This document shows, piece after piece, positions 27,892 through 36,610 of a stretch of 57,107 nucleotides of DNA. The notes below the pieces were generated by a model. That model worked only from the letters and a program-made list of their open reading frames with translations, was not told the origin of the DNA and searched no databases. Source of the DNA: a virus (lineage: Duplodnaviria > Caudoviricetes); IMG/VR virus record IMGVR_UViG_3300032046_000031, positions 1 through 57,107 of that record. One strand, 5' to 3'. How positions within the stretch are numbered: position 1 is the first letter of the stretch; every line of letters begins with the position of its first letter. Position numbers and translations under genes: made by a program.

Positions 27892-28046
27892 AGTGGAGAA
27901 TGTCCCCAGGGCGCTTTTCCTTTCCTCCCTGGCCTCCACCAGTCAAGCACCCCTGACTGGTAAAAGAAGAGGGGTGCAACATTTCAACTCCGCCTTCTGA
28001 GACAACAGAGGGATGAGGTTGATCAAAACCAAAGGAGGTAAATCAA

Positions 28047-28796
28047 ATGGCAGGCGAACAAGTTAGGACGATGAGAAGTCGGTTTGTGATTCCTAAACAA
28101 TCAATCTATGAGGAATCATCGGTAGCACTTCACTCTCTCGGAGATTGTTGTGCACTCCCAGGTGGGAGAATCTTTGCTTACTGCAAAAATGGTGCAGTAG
28201 CTTTGACAGATGGATTGGTGGTTCAGGGAGCAGTTCCTATTCCTCTCCACCTTAACCAGACGGTTGCTGCTACAGCAGCAATTGGTGCGACGAGGGTATC
28301 TCTTACCCCTGGAGCAACAGGAGCCGCTGCAAACTATTACGCAGAAGGATATCTTCACTTTAACGAGGCAGCACCAGAAGGAACCTATTATAAGGTGAAA
28401 TCCCATCTTGCAATCACTGCGAGTACTGCTTTTTGGGTTAACCTTTATGATCCTCTTTGGAAGGCTGCAACAATCACGACAAGTTATTGGACTCTTACTA
28501 AAGAGCCTCATGACTGTGTGGTTGTCCTACCATCTACAGGTACACCAACATCAAAAATCATTGGAGTCCCCATCATTGATGTTACTGCCAGTTATTACTT
28601 CTGGGCTCAGATCGCTGGCCCCTGTGCGGTGTTAGGACAGGGAACATTAGTTGTAGGAAACAGTGTTGGTCCTGGTGGTACTGCTGCAGGTTCGGTTGGT
28701 CCAAAAACTGCTTACACAGCACCAACCATTGGTGAGGTGATTCAGGTTAACGCTTCGACAGAGTTTTCTCTCATCTTCTTAAAAATTTCAGCATAA
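28047..28796 (+). CDS. Probable capsid decoration / structural protein
   Basis: After the MCP; GRIFAYCKNG and YYFWAQIAGP pattern; Ala/Thr/Gly-rich. Confidence 0.6.
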   Translation: MAGEQVRTMRSRFVIPKQSIYEESSVALHSLGDCCALPGGRIFAYCKNGAVALTDGLVVQGAVPIPLHLNQTVAATAAIGATRVSLTPGATGAAANYYAEGYLHFNEAAPEGTYYKVKSHLAITASTAFWVNLYDPLWKAATITTSYWTLTKEPHDCVVVLPSTGTPTSKIIGVPIIDVTASYYFWAQIAGPCAVLGQGTLVVGNSVGPGGTAAGSVGPKTAYTAPTIGEVIQVNASTEFSLIFLKISA

Positions 28797-28809
28797 AGGA
28801 GGTGCAGAC

Positions 28810-29136
28810 ATGGCTGGTGCATATGCAGGAACATCAACGATTATTTTCAATACGGTGATGGGGAATAAGAAGGTAGCACTGTTGAAGGTGGATATTACCA
28901 ACTACTACTCAACAGGAATCCCTACAGTCAAAGCAAGTGCAGGGATAGGTGTGGCTGAGGCTGTAATTGTCTTCTTTACAGGATTGTCAGATGAGGCTGA
29001 AAACCCATCTGTAGGAACCTATATCCCTTCAACCGACATTGTGTATCTTTACAATAAAGCAGGGGGCTCTATTGCAAACGATACTGATCTCAACTCAGAC
29101 GCCATCCTGATCTATCTTCTGGTGATCGGGGTGTAA
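28810..29136 (+). CDS. Small virion structural protein
   Basis: Strong SD; composition and position. Confidence 0.55.
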   Translation: MAGAYAGTSTIIFNTVMGNKKVALLKVDITNYYSTGIPTVKASAGIGVAEAVIVFFTGLSDEAENPSVGTYIPSTDIVYLYNKAGGSIANDTDLNSDAILIYLLVIGV

Positions 29137-29164
29137 ACAGAATTGAAAAAAGGAGGATTAAAAA

Positions 29165-29908
29165 ATGGCATCTACAAATAGGGTAAGTCGAGAAAAACCA
29201 CAAGCACTCGCTGACGCTATTGAGGCCTCAAACCGTGGGAACAGATATGGTGAAAATTATGTTCAGATGTTTCATGGGAAGAAGCACAACCTGGCAGATG
29301 AGGGATCGTACTTTGTTGCAACGAACCCTACCCTAAACACTGCGATTGCTTTAACAACCAGCATCACAACCTGGGCAGATTCAGGAGCAACCTCTTCTTC
29401 AGCACTCTTCATGAAGAATAGTGAGTTGAGAACAAACGCTTCTGCAAAAAGAGTCTATTTTGATTATATCAAGATGACTTGCGTTGGTGCTCCAACTTCT
29501 GCAACAGAATGGCAGTATGCGATTCATACCGATGATGCTGCTGCAAGATACACATCTGGAGGAACAGCACTCGTTCCGATCAACCCTAATGCAGATAGCA
29601 GTGTTGTTTCCATTGTAACAGGATATTTTGGAGCAGTTGTAACTGCTGCAGCGACTAACAGAAGGTTGGTGTCAAGAGGGATGATTCGACCATCCATTCC
29701 TGTTGTTCGTGATGAATTTATCATTGTCAGTGGTCCGATTGAACTGGGTGGCAGCTATGGAGCAGCAGCTGGCGTCCTGTCAAGGATTGTAGTTCCGACA
29801 CCTCCAATCATCATTGGCCCACAGCAACAGATGGTTCTCAGTCTGTGGGGAGTGGCATGTGCTGCAGCTTCCACCTGGGAGTTTGAATTATGCTGGTGGG
29901 AGAGATAA
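29165..29908 (+). CDS. Virion structural protein
   Basis: Strong SD; Ala/Thr-rich; ends ELCWWER. Confidence 0.55.
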   Translation: MASTNRVSREKPQALADAIEASNRGNRYGENYVQMFHGKKHNLADEGSYFVATNPTLNTAIALTTSITTWADSGATSSSALFMKNSELRTNASAKRVYFDYIKMTCVGAPTSATEWQYAIHTDDAAARYTSGGTALVPINPNADSSVVSIVTGYFGAVVTAAATNRRLVSRGMIRPSIPVVRDEFIIVSGPIELGGSYGAAAGVLSRIVVPTPPIIIGPQQQMVLSLWGVACAAASTWEFELCWWER

Positions 29909-30049
29909 ACAACAAATCCCATCTCAAAGTTAACTGAGGTGAACCACCACCAACATGGGGATGGGCTTATAAGGATGGCAGGATGTGGCCTTCCACCAGT
30001 AATGGTGGAAAGTCCTGTCAATCCAATTTTATTTTGGTGAGTATGGGTA

Positions 30050-30658
30050 ATGGATAAACTAATCATGATTGGTCTTCCCTCAAGTGGCTCAATCAAAGAT
30101 GGAACCGTTGAAGGAATCTTTAATGCTCAGAGGGAGGGATTTCCCTGGCCAACTATCCTTAAAACGATGACTGGTCCTTACATTGATCACAATCAGATGA
30201 AGTTGGTTGAACTTGCGAGAGAACTTAAAGCAACTCATCTGATGCTTATTGAAACAGATAATGTTTTTCCTCCTTGGGGAATTGAACAATTGGTAGAATC
30301 TGATAAGATGGTAGTGGGAGCGAACTATAATTTCAAGACTTTAACACCTCCAGGTTGTAAGGAGGTGGGGGTTGCTCCCCTTATTAAACTTTGGGATGAG
30401 AATGGTGATCCGAGAAATATTACTATGGAGGAACTTCCAGATTTTTTGTCTCCTGTATATTCCATCCCATTAGGTTTTGCATTGATTGACATGAAGGTGT
30501 TTGATCGTATTGAGTTCCCATATTTTATTAACATTTGGAGAGGGAAGGTGTTTACTGAGGCAAGTGTTCATTTTTGTGAGAAAGTGAGAATGGGTGGGAT
30601 GGAGGTGTGGTGCGATCCCACCGTCAAAGTTGGACATATTGGATCATATGCCTATTAA
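30050..30658 (+). CDS. GT-A (family 2-like) glycosyltransferase
   Basis: ATHLMLIETDNVFP, VVGANY, GFALIDMKVF...PYF, FCEK and WCDPTVKVGHIG motifs. Confidence 0.75.
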   Translation: MDKLIMIGLPSSGSIKDGTVEGIFNAQREGFPWPTILKTMTGPYIDHNQMKLVELARELKATHLMLIETDNVFPPWGIEQLVESDKMVVGANYNFKTLTPPGCKEVGVAPLIKLWDENGDPRNITMEELPDFLSPVYSIPLGFALIDMKVFDRIEFPYFINIWRGKVFTEASVHFCEKVRMGGMEVWCDPTVKVGHIGSYAY

Positions 30659-31400
30659 AGTTCCATATTTAATTGTAACTCCTTTCTATCGTCATTACTC
30701 TGCAGGGATACGGATGTTGCATAGGCTTTGTCATTATCTAAGAGAAGAAGGATATGAGGCTTATGTAAACACCGATTGCATAAACTTGGATTGGAATGAG
30801 GAAACCTGTTATCCTGAAGATTACCCCCGTTTTGCTAATGAGGGAATTATTATCTGCCCAGAGGTGGTGAAGGGGAATCCCCTCAATGGAAAGATCATTG
30901 TTCGTTATATCTTAAATCATCTTGGGTGGTCAGGAGGGGATAAAGAATACCCCACTGAAGATATCCTTTTTACCTGTAATGCTGAGACATTAGGTAAATA
31001 TGTTCCTGATGGGCATATCCTTTGCATCCCTCTCATCGAAGACTTTTTCAAGGATGAAGGTCTGCCAAGAAAGGGAGGATGCTTCTTTGTAGGAAAGGGT
31101 ATCTCCGTACCAAGAATCCCTGAGACTGAGGAGATGAAAGAGATCATAGGGATGAATCGAGAGGAAGTTGCGCATACCCTTAAAACTTCTACGATCCTTA
31201 TCACCTATGATAATTTTTCGCTAATCATTGAAGAGGCAAAGAAATGTGGGTGCCAAGTTAGGATTGTTGGTGAGGAGATCTCAAGAGTTTCTTATGATGA
31301 GTATACAAAAGACTTTAATCAACAGTTGGATAATTTTATTCAAATCACCCAATCAGAGGCATTGAAAAGAATGGAGGAGAGAGATGGCAAATCATCCTGA
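30648..31400 (+). CDS. Glycosyltransferase-like protein
   Basis: SAGIRMLHRLCH, IICPEVVKGNPL, FVGKG and YDNFSLIIEEAKKCGC. Confidence 0.6.
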   Translation: MPIKVPYLIVTPFYRHYSAGIRMLHRLCHYLREEGYEAYVNTDCINLDWNEETCYPEDYPRFANEGIIICPEVVKGNPLNGKIIVRYILNHLGWSGGDKEYPTEDILFTCNAETLGKYVPDGHILCIPLIEDFFKDEGLPRKGGCFFVGKGISVPRIPETEEMKEIIGMNREEVAHTLKTSTILITYDNFSLIIEEAKKCGCQVRIVGEEISRVSYDEYTKDFNQQLDNFIQITQSEALKRMEERDGKSS

Positions 31401-31671
31401 AAGAGATCCAATGTTTATTGATACTGCAGGTGGCCCCTATTCAACAGGAAGGGCTACCAACATCTTTAAAACAGTTGAATGGGTTGGGCCAGAGGCAACT
31501 GAGGATCGAGCCTATGCTGTTGATAACCTTGGAGCAGTCATTTGTGATTTCAGATGTGATGTCCCAGGAAAGAATCAGTTTAAGCATTTTGGTGGGAAGG
31601 GGCAGGTGTTTGAAGGTCCCTTTACTGTCTCCATCTTGGATAGTGGTTACTTATTGGTTGCAAGAGTCTAA
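31384..31671 (+). CDS. Small structural protein
   Basis: ORF coupled in the operon. Confidence 0.5.
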   Translation: MANHPERDPMFIDTAGGPYSTGRATNIFKTVEWVGPEATEDRAYAVDNLGAVICDFRCDVPGKNQFKHFGGKGQVFEGPFTVSILDSGYLLVARV

Positions 31672-31685
31672 GGGAGGGATGAAAG

Positions 31686-32063
31686 ATGGCACAGAAGATA
31701 AAAGAACCTCAAGCAAGATTTGGCTATCGTAAAAATCCTGCTTCTGGAAATTGGGAACCCATTACACCAGATATTGGGAGTGTTGTTGGGGATGGTAGAA
31801 AGATTGTGACAACTGCAGGGACTCGTGAACAACTTTCATCTTCTTCCACTTCAACTCTCAATGTTGTAATCCAAGCCGAACTTGATAACACTGGGGTTGT
31901 TGTCGTAGGTGGGATTACAGTGGTAGCTGCTCTTGCAACCAGAAGAGGGATTGGGTTGGAGGCAGGAGATAGTATATCGTTAAATGTAAGTGATCTCTCC
32001 CTGATTTGGCTGGACAGTATGGTGAGTGGGGATGGTGTAACTTATTTCTGGACAAGACTGTAA
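31686..32063 (+). CDS. Small beta-rich structural protein
   Basis: VTTAGTREQL...QAELDNTGVVVVGG...LEAGDSISL pattern. Confidence 0.55.
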   Translation: MAQKIKEPQARFGYRKNPASGNWEPITPDIGSVVGDGRKIVTTAGTREQLSSSSTSTLNVVIQAELDNTGVVVVGGITVVAALATRRGIGLEAGDSISLNVSDLSLIWLDSMVSGDGVTYFWTRL

Positions 32064-32073
32064 GAGGTGAATC

Positions 32074-33171
32074 ATGCGTGATCATGGTGGGGGTTGGATA
32101 AGGGTAGGAATTCCTCCAAAGGGAAATCTGTATAAGACAGGACAACTTACTTGTTATACCATTGGAGATGATGGGGACAGACAGACTGGTATTGCTAAGA
32201 GGTATCAGATCAATACTACAGGGCAATATGCAGGCACTGTTAATGTTGATGAACCTGAATATGCCGCTGCGACCATTGCCTTTGCTGCTACAACCCCAGG
32301 GACGATTACTGACACAGCGAATCTCCTGGCGACATTTCTGACTGGAGATACAATAAGAATTCGTGGATCAGGCCTGAATGATGGTATCTATACCATCTCA
32401 ACAGGTGGTGTTGCTGGGACAATCAGGACAACTGAGGCGACTGTGGCTGAGGCTGCTGGTGCATACATCACAATCTGTAAGAGGGCAACCCATTCTAGTA
32501 ATACCGTAATTGATCTCAATTCCAGAAAGAGATTGGAATGGGCCAGATACGTCCAGACTGGCAAGGTCGGGCTTGCCTCAGATGGGAAATTAAATTGGTA
32601 TGATGCAACAAAATGCTATACGTTGCATCCTGCCGCTGCTGATTTGGCGATGGTTGCAGGGAATATACTGAGGATAGAGGGCAGTGATGAATCCTCTCGA
32701 TACTTTGCAGGACAGGTTTTGGTCAATAGTGGATTTGCAAGTGCAGTCAACAATTTACCTGGATTAATGGTCAAATCGGTTAGTTTCACGGGTGGCAACA
32801 CTGACATTGTAGTCGATCCAGGCAAACAGACGCTAATTGCTGAGGTGGCAGGTGGATCGAGAACTATCAAGATCGTCTGCCAATCCATTTGGTCTTATTT
32901 GTCGGGAATAAATGTTGCACTGTTAGGGGGATATGGAGATTGGGGGATTCCCAATGATCTGCAACTTGTAAATCTAAGAGATATGGAGCAACCCACCGCA
33001 GCGCCCGATGCGATAGCATTTCCAGGTTGGCCGACCAGTGATTATTTCTGGTCGTCTACTACGCAGCCCAATTACCTTGTTGGCGCCATGATGGTGAATT
33101 TCGAGAGGGGCAGCTTGGTCAACGACGCTAAGACTCTTAACCATTTCGTGCCTTTGGTCAGAGGGGGTTGA
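32074..33171 (+). CDS. Putative receptor-binding protein with a C-terminal DUF1566 (Lcl / C-type lectin-like) domain
   Basis: KTGQ...GDDG, VIDLN..LEW, GYGDWGIPN..L, YFWSSTT and terminal LVRGG. Confidence 0.8.
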   Translation: MRDHGGGWIRVGIPPKGNLYKTGQLTCYTIGDDGDRQTGIAKRYQINTTGQYAGTVNVDEPEYAAATIAFAATTPGTITDTANLLATFLTGDTIRIRGSGLNDGIYTISTGGVAGTIRTTEATVAEAAGAYITICKRATHSSNTVIDLNSRKRLEWARYVQTGKVGLASDGKLNWYDATKCYTLHPAAADLAMVAGNILRIEGSDESSRYFAGQVLVNSGFASAVNNLPGLMVKSVSFTGGNTDIVVDPGKQTLIAEVAGGSRTIKIVCQSIWSYLSGINVALLGGYGDWGIPNDLQLVNLRDMEQPTAAPDAIAFPGWPTSDYFWSSTTQPNYLVGAMMVNFERGSLVNDAKTLNHFVPLVRGG

Positions 33172-33174
33172 GAA

Positions 33175-33588
33175 ATGGGACTTCTTGATTTAACTCAAAA
33201 TCAGTTAGTGAAGGCAACCAAAGTCCAAATCCTGACCAAAATTAATGACAAACTCTCTGCTATGACCGAGAGAAGGCTAAAGGAGTTTGTCTGGCACATC
33301 CGAGACCTGATCGTTGAGGATTTGAACTATCAGGAAGAGGTTCAGGTTGAGAGTAAGGATTGTAAGAATGGGCAGATATTAAGGGTGAGAGAAATAAGGG
33401 ATTTGATGGGGAATAAGGTTGGTTCTGAGAGGATAGAGTGGGAATACTACCCTAAAGAAATCTTTCCTGATGAAAGAATAAGGTTTATAAGAACTCGTCA
33501 TTTTGATAAGAATGACATTGAAGTTATTGGACAGGGAAGAGAAATTGAACATCTTTCAGATGGAAAAATAACTTCAAAACTAATTTAA
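33175..33588 (+). CDS. Hypothetical protein (possible fibre chaperone)
   Basis: Directly follows the RBP gene. Confidence 0.5.
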   Translation: MGLLDLTQNQLVKATKVQILTKINDKLSAMTERRLKEFVWHIRDLIVEDLNYQEEVQVESKDCKNGQILRVREIRDLMGNKVGSERIEWEYYPKEIFPDERIRFIRTRHFDKNDIEVIGQGREIEHLSDGKITSKLI

Positions 33589-33601
33589 CTATGGAGCCAA
33601 T

Positions 33602-33787
33602 ATGATTGAAACTATTCTAACAGCAATTGCAAGAAAAATCGTATTTATGATTATCCTTTTTGCAGGATGGAGATTTATAGATTATTTCTACTTCAAAGCT
33701 TTTGACACAGATGAGGTAATCAAAAATGACCCAGTCGCGGTTGCGATTATTCTTGCTGGCTTTATTCTTGCTCTTGCTTTTGCTTAA
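33602..33787 (+). CDS. Putative holin (DUF350-like, 2 TM)
   Basis: Two hydrophobic segments, IKNDPVAVAIILAG; overlaps the endolysin gene. Confidence 0.6.
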   Translation: MIETILTAIARKIVFMIILFAGWRFIDYFYFKAFDTDEVIKNDPVAVAIILAGFILALAFA

Positions 33788-34268
33788 TTTTGCCAGCGAG
33801 AGTGCAGCATACACCATAAAATATGACCTCTCCTTCAAACGATGGGGAGAGTTTTATTTTCCTTTTGATGATTGGAAGTGGTTCAAGTCACAAGGGACTG
33901 CAGAGAGTAATCTTGACGCTAATGCAATCTCATGGTGTGGTGCGGTAGGTTTGATGCAGATCATGCCAGCCACTGCAACAGGGTTAGGAGTGAAGAATAG
34001 ATGGGATGCAGAGGAATCCATTCAGGGCGGAGTTAAGTATGACAAACAGGTGGATGGAATCTTTAAGATGATTAGTCAGCCTGAGAGAAGAAAATTCATG
34101 TTTGCTGGTTACAATGCTGGACCAGGGAATATCATCAAAGCAAAAAAGATTGCAAATTCACCATTCTGGGATAAAGTAGCTTTGTGTTTAGAGAAGGTTA
34201 CAGGCAAACATTCAACTGAAACCATTGGGTATGTTAAGAGAATTTATCATATAAAGGAAATTCTTTAA
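33726..34268 (+). CDS. Lytic transglycosylase (SLT) endolysin with an N-terminal signal/anchor
   Basis: AESNL (catalytic Glu), GAVGLMQIMPATA, AGYNAGPGN and ETIGYV. Confidence 0.92.
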   Translation: MTQSRLRLFLLALFLLLLLLNFASESAAYTIKYDLSFKRWGEFYFPFDDWKWFKSQGTAESNLDANAISWCGAVGLMQIMPATATGLGVKNRWDAEESIQGGVKYDKQVDGIFKMISQPERRKFMFAGYNAGPGNIIKAKKIANSPFWDKVALCLEKVTGKHSTETIGYVKRIYHIKEIL

Positions 34269-34440
34269 AATGGATGAGTTCTCTCCTCTAATTGTACTTA
34301 TTCTTTTATTTATAGCAGAAATTATTGTCTTATTAATGTAAAAGAAGAGGTGGCCTAAATGGCTTGGTATCTTATTATTGCTGGGGTTAGCTTGGTGGCT
34401 GGAGCAGTCTTGATGGCAAGATTGCTTACTAAAAAATGGT

Positions 34441-34821
34441 TTGTGTTTAAGATGTGAGGATCAGATGTGGAAGAAATGGTGGATTTGGGTTGCAGCAGCA
34501 ATTATAATCATCTTAGTTTGGCAGACCATCTCTGGGTGGTCCTTATCAGGGAAACTCTGTAATATGCTGGTTAATCAAATCCAAACCGATCAATCTAACA
34601 TCATTAAGGAGAAAGATAAATGGATTTCAGATTGTGAGAAAGAAATCTCCAATCTTCAAACCAAGTTAGTTTCTGTTGTTGCTGAGAATCAGAGGTTGAA
34701 GGGGAAGGTGAATGAGATTCAGAGTAGGCGTGAGAATATTGTTGTCCCTAATGATCCTGCTGGCATCATCAGTGACCTTCACAAGATGGGCTTTTCCTCA
34801 GAACATTACAGAAAAAACTGA
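34441..34821 (+). CDS. Spanin-like inner-membrane coiled-coil protein (likely start MWKKWW)
   Basis: N-terminal TM plus coiled coil, in the lysis cassette. Confidence 0.55.
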   Translation: MCLRCEDQMWKKWWIWVAAAIIIILVWQTISGWSLSGKLCNMLVNQIQTDQSNIIKEKDKWISDCEKEISNLQTKLVSVVAENQRLKGKVNEIQSRRENIVVPNDPAGIISDLHKMGFSSEHYRKN

Positions 34822-35140
34822 GCCAGGATACATCTGTAGAAGTGTTCTTGATGCCCGTGAACAAGATCGAAGATTGCAGGATTATGAATTACTCAAGCAA
34901 CAGTTGGCATTAAAGGAGCAACAAATTGCTAACCTCGAACAACAGATTGAAATTCAAAATAAACTTGCTGAACTGTATAAGAAGGAAGTTGAGATTTACA
35001 AGACAGCCTTTGACAGAGAGAAAGAACTTACTGACAGGGCAATTAAATTGGCTGAGATCAGTAAACCAAAGAGTAACTGGGAGATGTTGGGATTGATTGG
35101 GATGGCTTTGTTTCTGGTAGGATTTATAGCAGGGAGGTGA
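34712..35140 (+). CDS. Second spanin-like coiled-coil membrane protein
   Basis: Overlaps the previous ORF; N- and C-terminal hydrophobic segments. Confidence 0.5.
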   Translation: MRFRVGVRILLSLMILLASSVTFTRWAFPQNITEKTEPGYICRSVLDAREQDRRLQDYELLKQQLALKEQQIANLEQQIEIQNKLAELYKKEVEIYKTAFDREKELTDRAIKLAEISKPKSNWEMLGLIGMALFLVGFIAGR

Positions 35141-35143
35141 GAG

Positions 35144-35470
35144 ATGGCTGACTTTCTAAAATGGAACCGCCCAGATGAACCTGGCTTGCAAGATCCAAAC
35201 ATCCTTCTCGACCCTCTCACCTATGTTGGAGGGGGAGTTGGTGGCTTGCTTAATAAACTTGCAGCAAGAACAGCAGCAAAAACTGGTGGAAGGATTCTTC
35301 AACATGGAGCAATCCTTAAAGGTGGTAAACCTATTTCTCAAACAATGGAAGGAAGGATTGAGAATCTGAGAAAGATTGGAAGAAACATCCAATCCACCTA
35401 CAATGAGCAACCAATGCAAGCAACCTGGCAGAGAGTACAGGATGCTCTAAAAAGGATGGGGTGGGAATAA
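35144..35470 (+). CDS. Hypothetical virion protein
   Basis: DPLTYVGGG motif seen in internal virion proteins. Confidence 0.45.
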   Translation: MADFLKWNRPDEPGLQDPNILLDPLTYVGGGVGGLLNKLAARTAAKTGGRILQHGAILKGGKPISQTMEGRIENLRKIGRNIQSTYNEQPMQATWQRVQDALKRMGWE

Positions 35471-36582
35471 TGACTCTTGCAACTATGTCAAATAATATTT
35501 TAAGATTTGCCCCAGGATTGAATCTTGATCTCATTAAATCCTCCATCCAGGATAGCTATCGTCTGCTCTTCCTCAGAGATTGGAATCGTCTCAAACTCAC
35601 TCGTCAAATCTACACTGTTATTCCATATTCAACAGGGACGGTCTCGATCACCCCAGCTGGTGTCGTAACAGGATATGGGACAACCTTTACCTCTGCAATG
35701 GCTGGTCGTCATATGAAAGTTTACTATGATGACAGCTTCTTTGAGATTGAAAGCTATACAAGTGCAACCTCAATCACTCTCAAAGATTGGACAGGAGAGG
35801 CAATTCCTGCTGGGACAGATTGTACAGCAGAAGCAGATGATGAGACCTTTACTTCTGTTGCTCATGGATTGGTAAATACAGATCGAGTTTATATTTTAGC
35901 GACTACTCTCCCAACAGGGTTGAGTTCTTCAATCTTATATTATGTTATTTCAGCAACGACTGATACTTTCCAAGTCTCCCTAACATCTGGTGGGGCCGCA
36001 GTCACCTTCACCACAGATGGAACAGCAGTAAGATGGATTCAGACCTTAGAGACCTACTCTATCTTTAAGATTATCTACACCCTTGACTCCACCTTTAAAC
36101 AGATCTGGGATGTTGTCTATCAAATCCCTCTAAAGAAGAAGTCTCAGGATTACTTCAATAAGCTTGATCCTGGTCGCACCTCTACCGCCTCCTCCCCAAT
36201 TGCTTGGGCTTTAGCTCCAATGTCCTCAACTGGTGTGACTCAGATTGAAATTTATCCCATCCCAACTCAGGTTGTTCCATTAAGGGTGTATGGGAAACTT
36301 GGATTTGTTACCCTTGGTGATAGTGACGCTGCAAAGTTACCAGAGGATCTTATTGAAGCGCATACCCTTCTTACCTGTTATAGATTGAAAGAACTTAAAG
36401 AACCCAAACAGGGATGGGAAGAGAAGCTTGGAATACAAGCTGAATTTTATAAAGGGATGTTAGCTGATTATGAGGATGACGACTATCAACTGGGGGAGCA
36501 TCCTGATCGAGTTAAGGATAGTATGGGAGAATCAGCTTTCCCAGGTGATGATAATTTTGCATTGAGCCATGACATTGAGTAA
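35461..36582 (+). CDS. Head-tail adaptor-like protein with inserted beta domains
   Basis: N-terminal helical adaptor pattern, IEIYPIP and SDAAKLPEDLI; central insertions. Confidence 0.6.
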   Translation: MGIMTLATMSNNILRFAPGLNLDLIKSSIQDSYRLLFLRDWNRLKLTRQIYTVIPYSTGTVSITPAGVVTGYGTTFTSAMAGRHMKVYYDDSFFEIESYTSATSITLKDWTGEAIPAGTDCTAEADDETFTSVAHGLVNTDRVYILATTLPTGLSSSILYYVISATTDTFQVSLTSGGAAVTFTTDGTAVRWIQTLETYSIFKIIYTLDSTFKQIWDVVYQIPLKKKSQDYFNKLDPGRTSTASSPIAWALAPMSSTGVTQIEIYPIPTQVVPLRVYGKLGFVTLGDSDAAKLPEDLIEAHTLLTCYRLKELKEPKQGWEEKLGIQAEFYKGMLADYEDDDYQLGEHPDRVKDSMGESAFPGDDNFALSHDIE

Positions 36583-36599
36583 AGGTCACCTTTCGACCT
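36576..36599. promoter_or_regulatory. Dispersed palindrome copy 5 (TGAGTAA-AGGTCA-ccttt-CGACCT)
   Basis: Intergenic; matches consensus. Confidence 0.75.
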
Positions 36600-36610
36600 A
36601 AAGGATACCG

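Noticed and set aside
27941-27980. IscB omega-RNA/HEARO-like 5' end (GTCAA..CACCCC)
   Set aside because: The resemblance is short, with no IscB/TnpB ORF or remaining scaffold.
32074-33600. Complete DGR
   Set aside because: No reverse transcriptase, Avd-like gene or template repeat was seen; only a VR-like segment is reported.
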